A stretch of 64,000 nucleotides of DNA from Macrostomum lignano (lineage: Eukaryota), in assembly GCA_002269645.1 (NCBI GenBank), contig NIVC01000866.1, positions 200,441 through 264,440 of the forward strand, in the 5' to 3' direction. The translations under genes and the position numbers were made by a program. Numbering within the stretch: the stretch's first letter is position 1; every line of letters starts with the position of its first letter. The notes under the pieces are model-generated. The model saw only the letters and a list, made by a program, of their open reading frames with translations. It did not search any database and was not told where the DNA came from. Shown here piece after piece: positions 13,301 to 28,126 of this stretch.

Positions 13301-13784
13301 TTTCTTCTACTTTACTTCCCTTTTCTCTACCCCAGCTAATGGCATTCTCATCTCCCTCTTTTGTCCCCGTATCTCTCCTCACACCTCTCTTATCGCCCAT
13401 ACTGGTTTTCTCCCCTCCATCATCTTCCAGTCTCCCCTCTATTTCTACCTGATTCTGAGCTCCATGTCTCACTTCCATCTGCATGTGTTCCCTTACATTA
13501 TAAGCTTAAAGTTACTCACAGAAAAATCATGCATTAGATCCAGGCCAAAATGAATTTCCATAGTCATAATTTTTCAATCCTCCGATGTTGCTGCAGCGGG
13601 TCACGTGGACAGGGCAATCATGTTCTCAACCCCAATGCCTGCGTGACTGTTGGCCAGGCCTTGGCAGGACAACTGAAGACAATAAAATATGATTTGTTGC
13701 ACCACTGGTAGAGGGACCATGGGACGGGTCATTGTGGGACGAGAAAACCTTTTGAACGAGAATTCTGGAATGCCTAGTCTTCTT

Positions 13785-14016
13785 TTAGCTAGCATCTATC
13801 TAGCTATAGCATTTATCTAGATAGCATCTATCTATAGCTAGCATCTATCTAGCTAGTATCTATCTAGCTAGCATCTATCTAGCTAGCATCTATCTAGCTA
13901 GCATCTATCTAGCTAGCATCTATCTAGCTAGCATCTATCTAGCTAGCATCTATCTAGCTAGCATCTATCTAGCTAGCATCTATCTAGCTAGCTAGCATTT
14001 ATCTAGCTAGCTAGAT
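13785..14016. repeat. 15-bp array (AGCTAGCATCTATCT)n, inverted relative to the 14.56-17.65 kb array
   Basis: Reverse complement of AGATAGATGCTAGCT. Confidence 0.9.
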
Positions 14017-14559
14017 AAGACCATGACCAATCGAACCAATGTTAGGCTGCTACATTAGAGAACCGAAGTGAAATGATGTGTCTGGATTTCTATTTACTGC
14101 TCCAGCTAAAGTTCAACCATAGACAAAATGTTTGCCCGAAAAATCTAGGCATGATAAAAACTGCTTCTCTGCGTGGGTCAGCAGGGCAGTGCTGGCCATA
14201 GACTATGGCTGTTAATTCAGCACTCTTTCTATATGCAAAACACTAAGCCTTGCTGTGCTTTTGTCTGGGAAACACCCAGTTTTCCGCGTTAGCCCTGGGC
14301 TCGCTTAAGCACGTGGCCGTCTAGAAAAGAAGGATAGCTTGAAACCCAAACCCAAAAGCAGACAAGGTTGTACCCTCGTAAATCAATTGCTGCGTTGCTT
14401 TGCAGGCAGAACCGGCAGTGACTTTACAGGGGCAGGGGCGGGGTTGGCAGAATTTTATAGTTTAACTATGGCTGCTATGAGTGGCAACCGCCCTATGCAG
14501 ATGACGGTAAAAAGGGACCAAGTCGATTTATCTATCTAGCCACAGAAATAAATGCTGGA

Positions 14560-17500
14560 TGCTAGCTATACTCGTAGATAGATGCTAGATAGATAGATGC
14601 TAGCTAGATAGATACTAGCTGGATAGATGCTAGCTAGATAGATGCTAAACAGATAGATGCTAGCCAGATAAATGCTAGCTAGACAGATGCTAAATAGATA
14701 GATGCAAGCTAGATAAATGCTAGCTAGACAGATGCTAAATAGATAGATACTAGCTAGATAGATGCTAAATAGATAGATGCTAGCCAGATAGATGCTAGCT
14801 AGACAGATGCTAAATAGATAGATGCAAGCTAGATAAATGCTAGCTAGATAGATGCTAGCTAGATAGATACTAGCTAGACAGATGCTAGCTAGACAGACGC
14901 TATAGCTAGACAGATGCTAGCTAGACAGATGCTAGCTAGACAGATGCTATAGCTAGACAGATGCTATAGCTAGACAGATGCTAGCTAGACAGATGCTAGC
15001 TAGATAGATGCTATAGCTAGACAGATGCTATAGCTAGACAGATGCTATAGCTAGATAAATGCTAGCTAGACAGATGCTATAGCTAGACAGATGCTAGCTA
15101 GACAGATGCTATAGCTAGACAGATGCTAGCTAGACAGATGCTATAGCTAGACAGATGCTAGCTAGACAGATGCTATAGCTAGACAGATGCTAGCTAGACA
15201 GATGCTATAGCTAGACAGATGCTAGCTAGACAGATGCTATAGCTAGACAGATGCTAGCTAGACAGATGCTATAGCTAGACAGATGCTAGCTAGACAGATG
15301 CTATAGCTAGACAGATGCTAGCTAGACAGATGCTAGCTAGACAGATGCTATAGCTAGATAGATGCTAGCTAGACAGATGCTAGCTAGACAGATGCTAGCT
15401 AGACAGATGCTATAGCTAGACAGATGCTAGCTAGACAGATGCTAGCTAGACAGATGCTAGCTAGACAGATGCTAGCTAGACAGATGCTATCGCTAGATAG
15501 ATGCTAGCTAGATAGATGCTAGCTAGACAGATGCTAGCTAGACAGATGCTATAGCTAGACAGATGCTAGCTAGACAGATGCTAGCTAGACAGATGCTAGC
15601 TAGACAGATGCTATAGCTAGACAGATGCTAGCTAGACAGATGCTAGCTAGACAGATGCTATAGCTAGACAGATGCTATAGCTAGACAGATGCTATAGCTA
15701 GACAGATGCTAGCTAGACAGATGCTAGCTAGACAGATGCTATAGCTAGACAGATGCTATAGCTAGACAGATGCTAGCTAGACAGATGCTAGCTAGACAGA
15801 TGCTAGCTAGACAGATGCTATAGCTAGACAGATGCTAGCTAGACAGATGCTATAGCTAGACAGATGCTAGCTAGACAGATGCTATAGCTAGACAGATGCT
15901 AGCTAGACAGATGCTATAGCTAGACAGATGCTAGCTAGACAGATGCTATAGCTAGACAGATGCTAGCTAGACAGATGCTATAGCTAGACAGATGCTATAG
16001 CTAGACAGATGCTAGCTAGACAGATGCTAGCTAGACAGATGCTATAGCTGGATAGATGCTAGCTAGACAGATGCTATAGCTAGACAGATGCTAGCTAGAC
16101 AGATGCTATAGCTAGACAGATGCTAGCTAGACAGATGCTAGCTAGACAGATGCTAGCTAGACAGATGCTAGCTAGACAGATGCTATAGCTAGACAGATGC
16201 TAGCTAGACAGATGCTAGCTAGACAGATGCTAGCTAGACAGATGCTATAGCTAGACAGATGCTAGCTAGACAGATGCTAGCTAGACAGATGCTAGCTAGA
16301 CAGATGCTATAGCTAGACAGATGCTAGCTAGACAGATGCTATAGCTAGATAAATGCTAGCTAGACAGATGCTATAGCTAGACAGATGCTAGCTAGACAGA
16401 TGCTATAGCTAGACAGATGCTAGCTAGACAGATGCTATAGCTAGACAGATGCTAGCTAGACAGATGCTATAGCTAGACAGATGCTAGCTAGACAGATGCT
16501 ATAGCTAGATAGATGCTAGCTAGACAGATGCTATAGCTAGACAGATGCTAGCTAGACAGATGCTATAGCTAGACAGATGCTAGCTAGACAGATGCTATAG
16601 CTAGACAGATGCTAGCTAGACAGATGCTATAGCTAGACAGATGCTAGCTAGACAGATGCTATAGCTAGATAGATGCTAGCTAGACAGATGCTATAGCTAG
16701 ATAGATGCTAGCTAGACAGATGCTATAGCTAGACAGATGCTAGATAGACAGATGCTATAGCTAGACAGATGCTAGCTAGACAGATGCTAGCTAGACAGAT
16801 GCTATAGCTAGACAGATGCTAGCTAGACAGATGCTAGCTAGACAGATGCTAGCTAGACAGATGCTAGCTAGACAGATGCTATAGCTAGATAGATGCTAGC
16901 TAGACAGATGCTAGCTAGACAGATGCTAGCTAGACAGATGCTATAGCTAGACAGATGCTAGCTAGACAGATGCTAGCTAGACAGATGCTATAGCTAGACA
17001 GATGCTAGCTAGACAGATGCTAGCTAGACAGATGCTATAGCTAGACAGATGCTAGCTAGACAGATGCTAGCTAGATAGATGCTAGCTAGATAAATGCTAT
17101 AGCTAGACAGATGCTAGCTAGACAGATGCTATAGCTAGACAGATGCTAGCTAGACAGATGCTAGCTAGACAGATGCTATAGCTAGACAGATGCAAGCTAG
17201 ACAGATGCTAGCTAGACAGATGCTATAGCTAGACAGATGCTAGCTAGACAGATGCTAGCTAGACAGATGCTATAGCTAGATAGATGCTAGCTAGACAGAT
17301 GCTAGCTAGACAGATGCTAGCTAGACAGATGCTATAGCTAGACAGATGCTAGCTAGACAGATGCTAGCTAGACAGATGCTAGCTAGACAGATGCTAGCTA
17401 GACAGATGCTATCGCTAGATAGATGCTAGCTAGATAGATGCTAGCTAGACAGATGCTAGCTAGACAGATGCTATAGCTAGACAGATGCTAGCTAGACAGA

Positions 17501-17655
17501 TGCTAGCTAGACAGATGCTAGCTAGACAGATGCTATAGCTAGATAGATGCTAGCTAGACAGATGCTATAGCTAGACAGATGCTATAGCTAGACAGATGCT
17601 AGCTAGACAGATGCTAGCTAGACAGATGCTAGCTAGATAGATGCTAGCTGGATAA
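14560..17655. repeat. ~3.1 kb satellite of mixed 15-bp (AGATGCTAGCTAGAC) and 17-bp (AGATGCTATAGCTAGAC) units
   Basis: Direct reading. Confidence 0.97.
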
Positions 17656-18104
17656 ATGCTCCTTTTTCTCGATTTTTACTGGCAGTTGGAAAGTAAAAAT
17701 GGAGTGCAGAGAATTGATTTAATTTTCCTTGCTCAATAAAATACCGAAGGCCCAGTGGACTTCCAATCCAGATAGCTGAATACCGGCAGTCCATGAAAAC
17801 TGCGCCAAAGCGGCTGACTGATTTATGCCCCGACAGCCGCCCAGGTACAAAAAGCTGCAACCACACGCGGTCTATTTGAATAATTGGCCCGCCGTTCCGC
17901 AGTGCTGCAGAGCCGTCTCCGCTTTGACAGGCCCGGATGCTAATAAAAAACCTCCCTGACCCCGATAGAGCGGCATAAATCAAAGGGAATTTGGATGGTA
18001 TTGAGGGGGCTACGGGGTTGGCGGCAACAACTGTGCTCGCATCTGCGATTACCTTTACCTGGGCTTGACGGCATGGAGCTGATATTGCAGTTCATTTGCA
18101 TAGT

Positions 18105-18545
18105 TAGCGCCAGTGTGCATCCAAGTTGGATGGAGTTAGCGCCAGTGTGCATCCAAGTTGGATGGAGTTGGCGCCAGTGTGCATCCAAGTTGGATGGAGT
18201 TGGCGCCAGTGTGCATCCAAGTTGGATGGAGTTGGCGCCAGTGTGCATCCAAGTTGGATGGAGTTAGCGCCAGTGTGCATATAGTGATTGGAGTTGATTT
18301 GCAATGTACATCTAGTAATTGGAAGTGGCCCTGCAATGTTCATCTAGTGATTGGAGCTGACGCCAATGTACATCTAGTGATTGGAATTGACGCCAATGTA
18401 CATCTAGTGACTGGAGTTGACGCCAATGTACATCTAGTGATCGGAATTGACGCCAATGTGCATCTAGTGACTGGAGTTGACGCCAATGTACATCTAGTGA
18501 TCGGAGTTGACGCCAATGTACATCTAATGATTGGAGTTGGCGCCA
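18105..18545. repeat. Two related arrays: a 32-bp unit with internal palindrome CATCCAAGTTGGATG, then a 30-bp unit GACGCCAATGTACATCTAGTGATTGGAGTT
   Basis: Direct reading. Confidence 0.9.
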
Positions 18546-19076
18546 TCGCTGTGGCAGCAATGTGCCAATGAGAAGAAGGAACATGTCTATTAATTAATTA
18601 GCAATCGCAACTATTAACAACAGTGCCGCAAAGGCTGCAAAAATTTATTTGAAGAGAAAAGCGCAAATTTTGTGGCGTCCGGAAATGAATACGGAGTCAA
18701 AGATGGCGGCTCCCGATTCAGCGCAGGTACAAATTTTTAGATGCAGAATAGCTTATGACAGTAATTAGCGATTAGAGAGAAAAGTAGCAAATAATTAGAC
18801 AGACAATTTACTAATTTGCTTGGCAATTATATAGCAGCTCTGTTTTGATTAAGGCAAAGGTGAAATAAACCAATCAGCTATATAGACATAAAAACTATCG
18901 AGTGGGGACAATTTTGGCGCGAATTTAAATTGAATTTCACGACGTTTTGTTTCTCTTATTTATCTTGGCGGGGATTTAAACTTTGACTTTATATCGTGTT
19001 GAATAACCAGATCAACTGTTAAGTTGGCTGCAATATGACATTGGAGAGCGGGAGAGTCAGATAGCAGGTTAATTAG

Positions 19077-19172
19077 TCACCACCAGATCGGCTTGGTACC
19101 GGCTGCCGCAGCTGCTGCTCCTGCACCGAAGAAATACTCGAAGAAAGCCAGGCTGCTTGGAGGCTGCTGTTG

Positions 19173-19215
<43 letters not shown>

Positions 19216-20705
19216 AACGCCGCAGATCCCCGGCCACCTCTGCCGCTGCCGCCGCCTCCACCAGGGCACTTGCCTTTGCTCACGTGCAGCCTCACCTGGC
19301 CTTTATTGGCGAACGGCCTGCTGCAGAACTGGCAGCGAATCTTCTTTTTCGTCTGGGATTGCTGCTGCTGCTGCTGCTGCTGCGGCGTCGGCGGCGACGG
19401 AGACGCCTGGGCTGCTGCCGGCTCGTCGAACGCTGCCGCCGGATCTTCGCTAGCGATCGCCATCACGGATGCCGCCTCCGAGGTCGACGAAGTGGACGCC
19501 GCCGATGGCGATGCCGCAGCTGCCGCTGCTGTCGACGATGCCGGAGCTTCTGAGAAGCCGGCAGTTTTGTCGACAAGCCGCTGCAGGCAGTACAGCGGAT
19601 TGGAGTCACCGTTGCTGAGACCGGCCGGCGTTGTCGGGCCTGACGGAGCCAGGAGGTCCGGGCAGAGATAGGCCGGCTGTTTGGGGGAGTCCCCGGGCTG
19701 CGGCTTTGATAAAGAGGCTGGGGCTGGGGGCGGTGCGGCAGGGTTCAGCGCCGCTGCTGTTCCGGAGGCCGCGGCCGCTGGATCAGCGGCGCTGCTGATG
19801 ATCTCGGCGTAGTGCCGGCTGCGCACCATGTGCATGGTGAGCTCCGGCAGGGTGCGGAAGCTTTGCCGGCAGCGGATGCAGCGCAGGATCTCCCTGGTCT
19901 GCTCTGTCTCCGAGTTGATCCACATGTCCTGGCCGCGGACCAGCTTGGGCTGCTCGCGGGCCGGCGGACTCGTTGTCTTCGGCGGCCGCGGCGGCGGCTC
20001 GACAACAGCAGCGGAAGCCGCCAGGGCGTCCGTCGAGGCGGAGAAGTCGCCGTGCCCCGCGGCCCGCATGTGCACCGTCAGGCCGACAAGGTTGGCGAAG
20101 CGGCGGCCGCAGGAGCAGCGGAAGTCCGTCTCGCCGCTGCTCGGCCGGGCAGCCTCGGCTACAGGCGTCGGCAGCGGCGGCGGCGCAGGCGGCAGCAGAC
20201 GCGGCGGAGGCGGCGGCGGCATGATGGAGCTGAGGTAGGACGTCAGGCACTGGGCATACATCGCTGCAGCTGCTGCTGCTGCCTGCCATTGACTGTCAGC
20301 GGACGGGCCAGCAACTGAAGACGATGGGTTGAGCTGCAGCATCAACTGAGAATGCTGGTGAGCTGCCAGCAGCGGCGACAGGTCCGGCGTCAGGCTGGGC
20401 GTCGGCAAAGGCTTCGCTGTCAGGTCCAGCGGCGGCGAGGCAACAGCGAAGGATTCGCTGCACTCCGGTGACTCCGGCAGTCGAGGCCGCTTCTTGGGCG
20501 GCACGCAACTGCTGATCCTTGTTGCTGCCTGGTGGACGACGCCATCAGAGCCGGCTGGAGACTGCGGCTGCGGCACCGGCCTCTTCTGGCACTGCTGATT
20601 GGCATTGGCGATCATCCCGGCTGAGGTCTGGGGAAGTGGGGCGATGGAGTTATGCAAATACAACTGCTGCATGGCAGGCTGAATGTGCTGCTTTTGGTTG
20701 GGCAT
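19077..20705 (-). CDS. tsh: Teashirt/tiptop (TSHZ) family C2H2 zinc-finger protein, 542 aa, intronless ORF
   Basis: KLVRGQDMW...EQTREILRCIRCRQSFRTLPELTMHM...HYAEII is the teashirt signature; other fingers FRCSCGRRFANLVGLTVHMRAAGH and CQFCSRPFANKGQVRLHVSKGKC; PLDLT CtBP-type motif; NPLYCLQRLVDK block. Confidence 0.9.
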
Positions 20706-21384
20706 TTAAATGTATCCTCAGCAAGACCCCGGCCAGCCAACCACAGTAACTCTCCTGACTGCAATCTGATTCGTTCGTTCGTTTTTTTTAGTGAAGCAGC
20801 AGACCAGAGGAGAGAACAAGCGACTTCTGTCCCTGGGGCGGCGGTGCTCCGGCGGTCTCTTTCATCTTCTAGTCCAACCCCCTGCCCCCATTTGCCTTAT
20901 CGAGCAGACAGAGGGACTCGCGCGGCGGCAGCGGGGGGGGGGCGACCGCTGCTGTCAAAAACTGAAACCCCCTCTTTGTGTTGCCTCTCGGGCCCGGCTG
21001 ATATATGACAGAATGGAATTAATTGTTAACTGGCTTGCAAATGCTGGGGCCAAGCGAAAAAAAACTGACCAAAGCAGACAGAGAACAGAGTTAAAAAATG
21101 CTCAAAGCCCTGCTCTCCGACAGTCAACAAGCTGCGGTACTGAAGGGGTTGGTCATAAATCAACTTGGAAATTCTTCTTTTTTTCATGGTCGACAGAAAG
21201 CAAAGCAACTTTTGTGTTGCCCTGTCTACTCGGCTCGAGGCGGTGCTGTGCTGGTACAGTTAAATTAATGATTAAACCACGGATTTGGTGTTGTCTGGCG
21301 TTGTCTGAGTTTGCAATTCAATTTTAAGATGCTGGAGCGAGGCGCGCACCTTAATAAGGTAGCGGGTATCCGGGTTAGAATTTT

Positions 21385-22375
21385 TTGTGGCATGGAAATC
21401 GGTGTTTTGGCATAGAAATCGGGTGCTTGTGGCATAGAAATCGGGAGTTGTGGCATAAAAATCGGTGTTATGGCATAGAAATTGGGACTTGTGGCATAGA
21501 AATCGGGAGTTGTGGCATAGAAATCGGGAGTTGTGGCATAGAAATCGGGAGTTGTGGCATAGAAATCGGGAGTTGTGGCATAGAAATCGGGAGTTGTGGC
21601 ATAGAAATCGGGAGTTGTGGCATAGAAATCGGGAGTTGTGGCATAGAAATCGGGAGTTGTGGCATAGAAATCGGGAGTTGTGGCATAGAAATCGGGTGCT
21701 TGTGGCATAGAAATCGGGAGCTTGTGGCATAGAAATCGGGAGTTGTGGCATAGAAATCGGGAGTTGTGGCATAGAAATCGGGAGTTGTGGCATAGAAATC
21801 GGTGTTGTGGCATAGAAATCGGGTGCTTGTGGCATAGAAATCGGGTGCTTGTGGCATAGAAATCGGGAGCTTGTGGCATAGAAATCGGGAGTTGTGGCAT
21901 AGAAATCGGGAGTTGTGGCATAGAAATCGGGTGCTTGTGGCATAGAAATCGGGAGCTTGTGGCATAGAAATCGGGAGTTGTGGCATAGAAATCGGGTGCT
22001 TGTGGCATAGAAATCGGGAGTTGTGGCATAGAAATCGGGAGTTGTGGCATAGAAATCGGGTGCTTGTGGCATAGAAATCGGGAGCTTGTGGCATAGAAAT
22101 CGGGAGTTGTGGCATAGAAATCGGGAGTTGTGGCATAGAAATCGGGTGCTTGTGGCATAGAAATCGGGAGTTGTGGCATAGAAATCGGGAGTTGTGGCAT
22201 AGAAATTGGGTGTTGTGGCAAAGAAATCGGGAGCTTGTGGCATAGAAATCGGGTGCTTGTGGCATAGAAATTGGGTGTTGTGGCATAGAAATCGGGAGTT
22301 GTGGCATAGAAATCGGGAGTTGTGGCATAGAAATCGGGAGTTGTGGCATAGAAATTGGGTGTTGTGGCAAAGAAA
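21385..22375. repeat. 21/22-bp minisatellite (GGCATAGAAATCGGGAGTTGT)n
   Basis: Direct reading. Confidence 0.95.
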
Positions 22376-22824
22376 TCCAGGATGAATGTTGCATGATGAT
22401 GCATGAAAAGCAGTTATTCATGGAACAGATCTTGTCCACAAAATGTTTGCACTGAGAGAAGAATTAGGTCAAGCATTGTGTTTCTGTGACACTCGGGCAA
22501 AGGCTGGTGCACCAGAAGTGAAGCTGCAGGATCCAATCACTCCACACATTCAGTCAGATCGTGAGAAAAGTCTGTCAGCACGAACTGTCTGCACGGCATG
22601 GCAGCTATTCGCCAGCAACTCGAATCTCTTCATCCGCCAAGCATCCCCCGGGGTTCCCACGCGTATAACAATGCGATGCGACTGACTTCTGCATGGCTTT
22701 GTTTGTTTATGAATGTTGACTCTGCTTTTGCCTGTGACTGCGACTGTAGAACCCAGATAGAGAGTTTGTGTGTCCGGCTTCATGCTTACATTTGATTTAG
22801 GTGTAAATTAGGGGTAGATTGTGG

Positions 22825-24045
22825 AAGACTGGGTGGATTGTGAGAGATTGGGTAGATTGGGAGAGATTGGGTAGATTGGGAGAGACTGGGGTATATTGTG
22901 GGAGAGACTGGTAGATTGGGAGAGACTGGGGTATATTGTGGGAGAGACTGGTAGATTGGGAGAGACGGGTATATTGTGGGAGAGACTGGTAGATTGGGAG
23001 AGACTGGGGTAGATTGGGAGAGATTGGGGTAGATTGGGAGAGACTGGGTAGATTAGAAGAGACTGAGGTAGATTGGGAGAGACTGTGTAGATTGGGAGAG
23101 ATTGGCTAGATTGGGAGAGATTGGGTAGATTGGGAGAGATTGGGTAGATTGAAAGAGACTGGGTAGACTGGGAGAAACTGGGGTAGATTGGGAGATATTG
23201 GGGTATATCGGGAGAGACTGGGTAGATTGGGAGAGACTGGGTAGATTGGGAGAGATTGGGTATATTGGGAGAGATTGGGTAGATTGGGAGAGATTGGGTA
23301 GATTGGGAGAGACTGGGTAGATTGGGAGAGATTGGCTAGATTGGGAGACATTGGGTAGATTGGGAGAGATTGGCTAGATTGAAAGAGACTGGGTAGACTG
23401 GGAGAAACTGGGGTAGATTGGGAGATATTGGGGTATATCGGGAGAGACTGGGTAGATTAGAAGAGACTGAGGTAGATTGGGAGAGACTGGGTAGATTGGG
23501 AGAGACTGGGTAGATTAGAAGAGACTGAGGTAGATTGGGAGAGACTGGGTAGATTAGAAGAGACAGAGGTAGATTGGGAGAGACTGGGTAGATTAGAAGA
23601 GACTGAGGTAGATTGGGAGAGACTGGGTAGATTAGGAGAGACTGAGGTAGATTGGGAGAGACTGGGTAGATTAGAAGAGACTGAGGTAGATTGGGAGAGA
23701 CTGGGTAGATTGGGAGAGACTGGGTAGATTAGAAGAGACTGAGGTAGATTGGGAGAGACTGTGTAGATTAGAAGAGACTGAGGTAGATTGGGAGAGACTG
23801 GGTAGATTAGAAGAGACTGAGGTAGATTGGGAGAGACTGGGGTAGATTGTGGGAGACTGGGGTAGATTGGGGTAGACTGTGGTAGATTGTGGGAGAGACT
23901 GGGAGATTGGGAAAGACTGTGGGTAGATTTTGGGAGACTAAGGTAGATTGGGAGAGACTGGGGTAGACTGGGGAGACTGGGGTAGTATATTGGTAGGCAG
24001 AGGTAGATTATTAGGGAGTAGATTGGCAGAGACTGGGGTAGATTG
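22825..24045. repeat. ~19-bp minisatellite (GGGAGAGACTGGGTAGATT)n
   Basis: Direct reading. Confidence 0.92.
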
Positions 24046-24569
24046 TTAAACTATTAAATTATTTTCTTCGTATCAGTTTCATATTGAACTGAAGTATATT
24101 TTAGCATATCTTTAACTGCAAACACCCTACGCTTGCACTTGCGAGCGGGCTCCGCAGTTTTATGACATGATTGCTCAAAATGCCTCCAGCCACTACTGTT
24201 TGCGGCGCTATGGCTCCTGTCCTTATCTATCAAAGGCGTGCCGCGCTGTTTTAAATTGATTACAGCTGTGCAGAGAAGTGTTTGCGTGCGCATAGAGGGT
24301 AAACAGGCGAAGTTCTCTGCAGTGTCTACTCTCGTAATTTCAAGTATGTTCTGTCAGGCTGCAGAGATTCACAAAATTCCTGTCTGTATAGAAATCTTAT
24401 CATATTGGTTGAGAGCCGAAGCCATGCTATAATTTACGATGCGCTTGACAATTTTGCGACTGGCTCAAAAGCACTTTGACCGGCAGGCAGGTTGTGAATG
24501 TACCGTACGCAAAAATAATTTATCTTTGGTCATTGGGACTGGGTGCTGAATCGAAACAGATGCAGAGAC

Positions 24570-27608
<3,039 letters not shown>

Positions 27609-27850
27609 GCACGCGAAGGCGTATTCAGCATGCCAGTGAAGTATGAGACAGACTAGGCCCATGGGCTAAGGTCTGCGATGCTTCACGCCTGCCCCTATCT
27701 TCAGCAGGTCAAGGCTGGTGGGAGGTCTGCACCCTCTATTTGCCTCTGGCAGCCGCAGACCCCCCCCCACGCTGTCTCGCAAGTCGACCCAGGGTACTCG
27801 TCCCCGCGTGTGTTCAAGGCAGTCCCTAGGGCTGCTGGACAGACTGGGCT
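27609..27850 (+). ncRNA. HDV-like (nested double pseudoknot) self-cleaving ribozyme at the 5' end of the retrotransposon
   Basis: P1 GCACGCG 27609-15 / CGCGUGU 27805-11 (G1.U wobble); P2 CCCA 27788-91 / UGGG 27845-48; P3 GGG 27792-94 / CCC 27802-04; L3 UACUCGU; P1.1 C27797-G27812 and A27796-U27813; P4 27814-39; J4/2 CAGAC with candidate catalytic C27840. Confidence 0.85.
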
Positions 27851-28126
27851 CCGGCGCTGGCGACCCTATCCAGTGGCTTCGGCCGAATTTGGGTATGCGG
27901 GTCTGGCTCGCCAACCTGCAGGCCGTGGTACTGCTCAACGTACTCTCTAATGCCTAAGGTGTTGACCGTGCCGATGGGCTGGAAGGCCGGGGAGTAGTCC
28001 GGTCGCAAGCGGTCCCCCTCCTGGTGTCGGGCCAGCCTTGAGGGTGCTATTGGCCTACTGCCCGGTCAGGTGGAGCGGCCGGGTGGGTACCGCGCCCCTT
28101 TGAGGGTAGCCCACCAACCTTTTATC

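Noticed and set aside
18105-18275. CRISPR-like appearance (32-bp palindromic repeats)
   Set aside because: Units are directly adjacent with no unique spacers, there are no cas genes, and the context is eukaryotic
21265-22439. Overlapping 300-380-aa repeat ORFs (FYATTPD / PISMPQL)
   Set aside because: 21-bp minisatellite open in all three minus frames; no coding signal
27855-27900. Possible second tandem HDV ribozyme
   Set aside because: It has a J4/2-like CGAAU and a P4-like hairpin but no separate P1/P3/L3; treated instead as an alternative register of the first ribozyme
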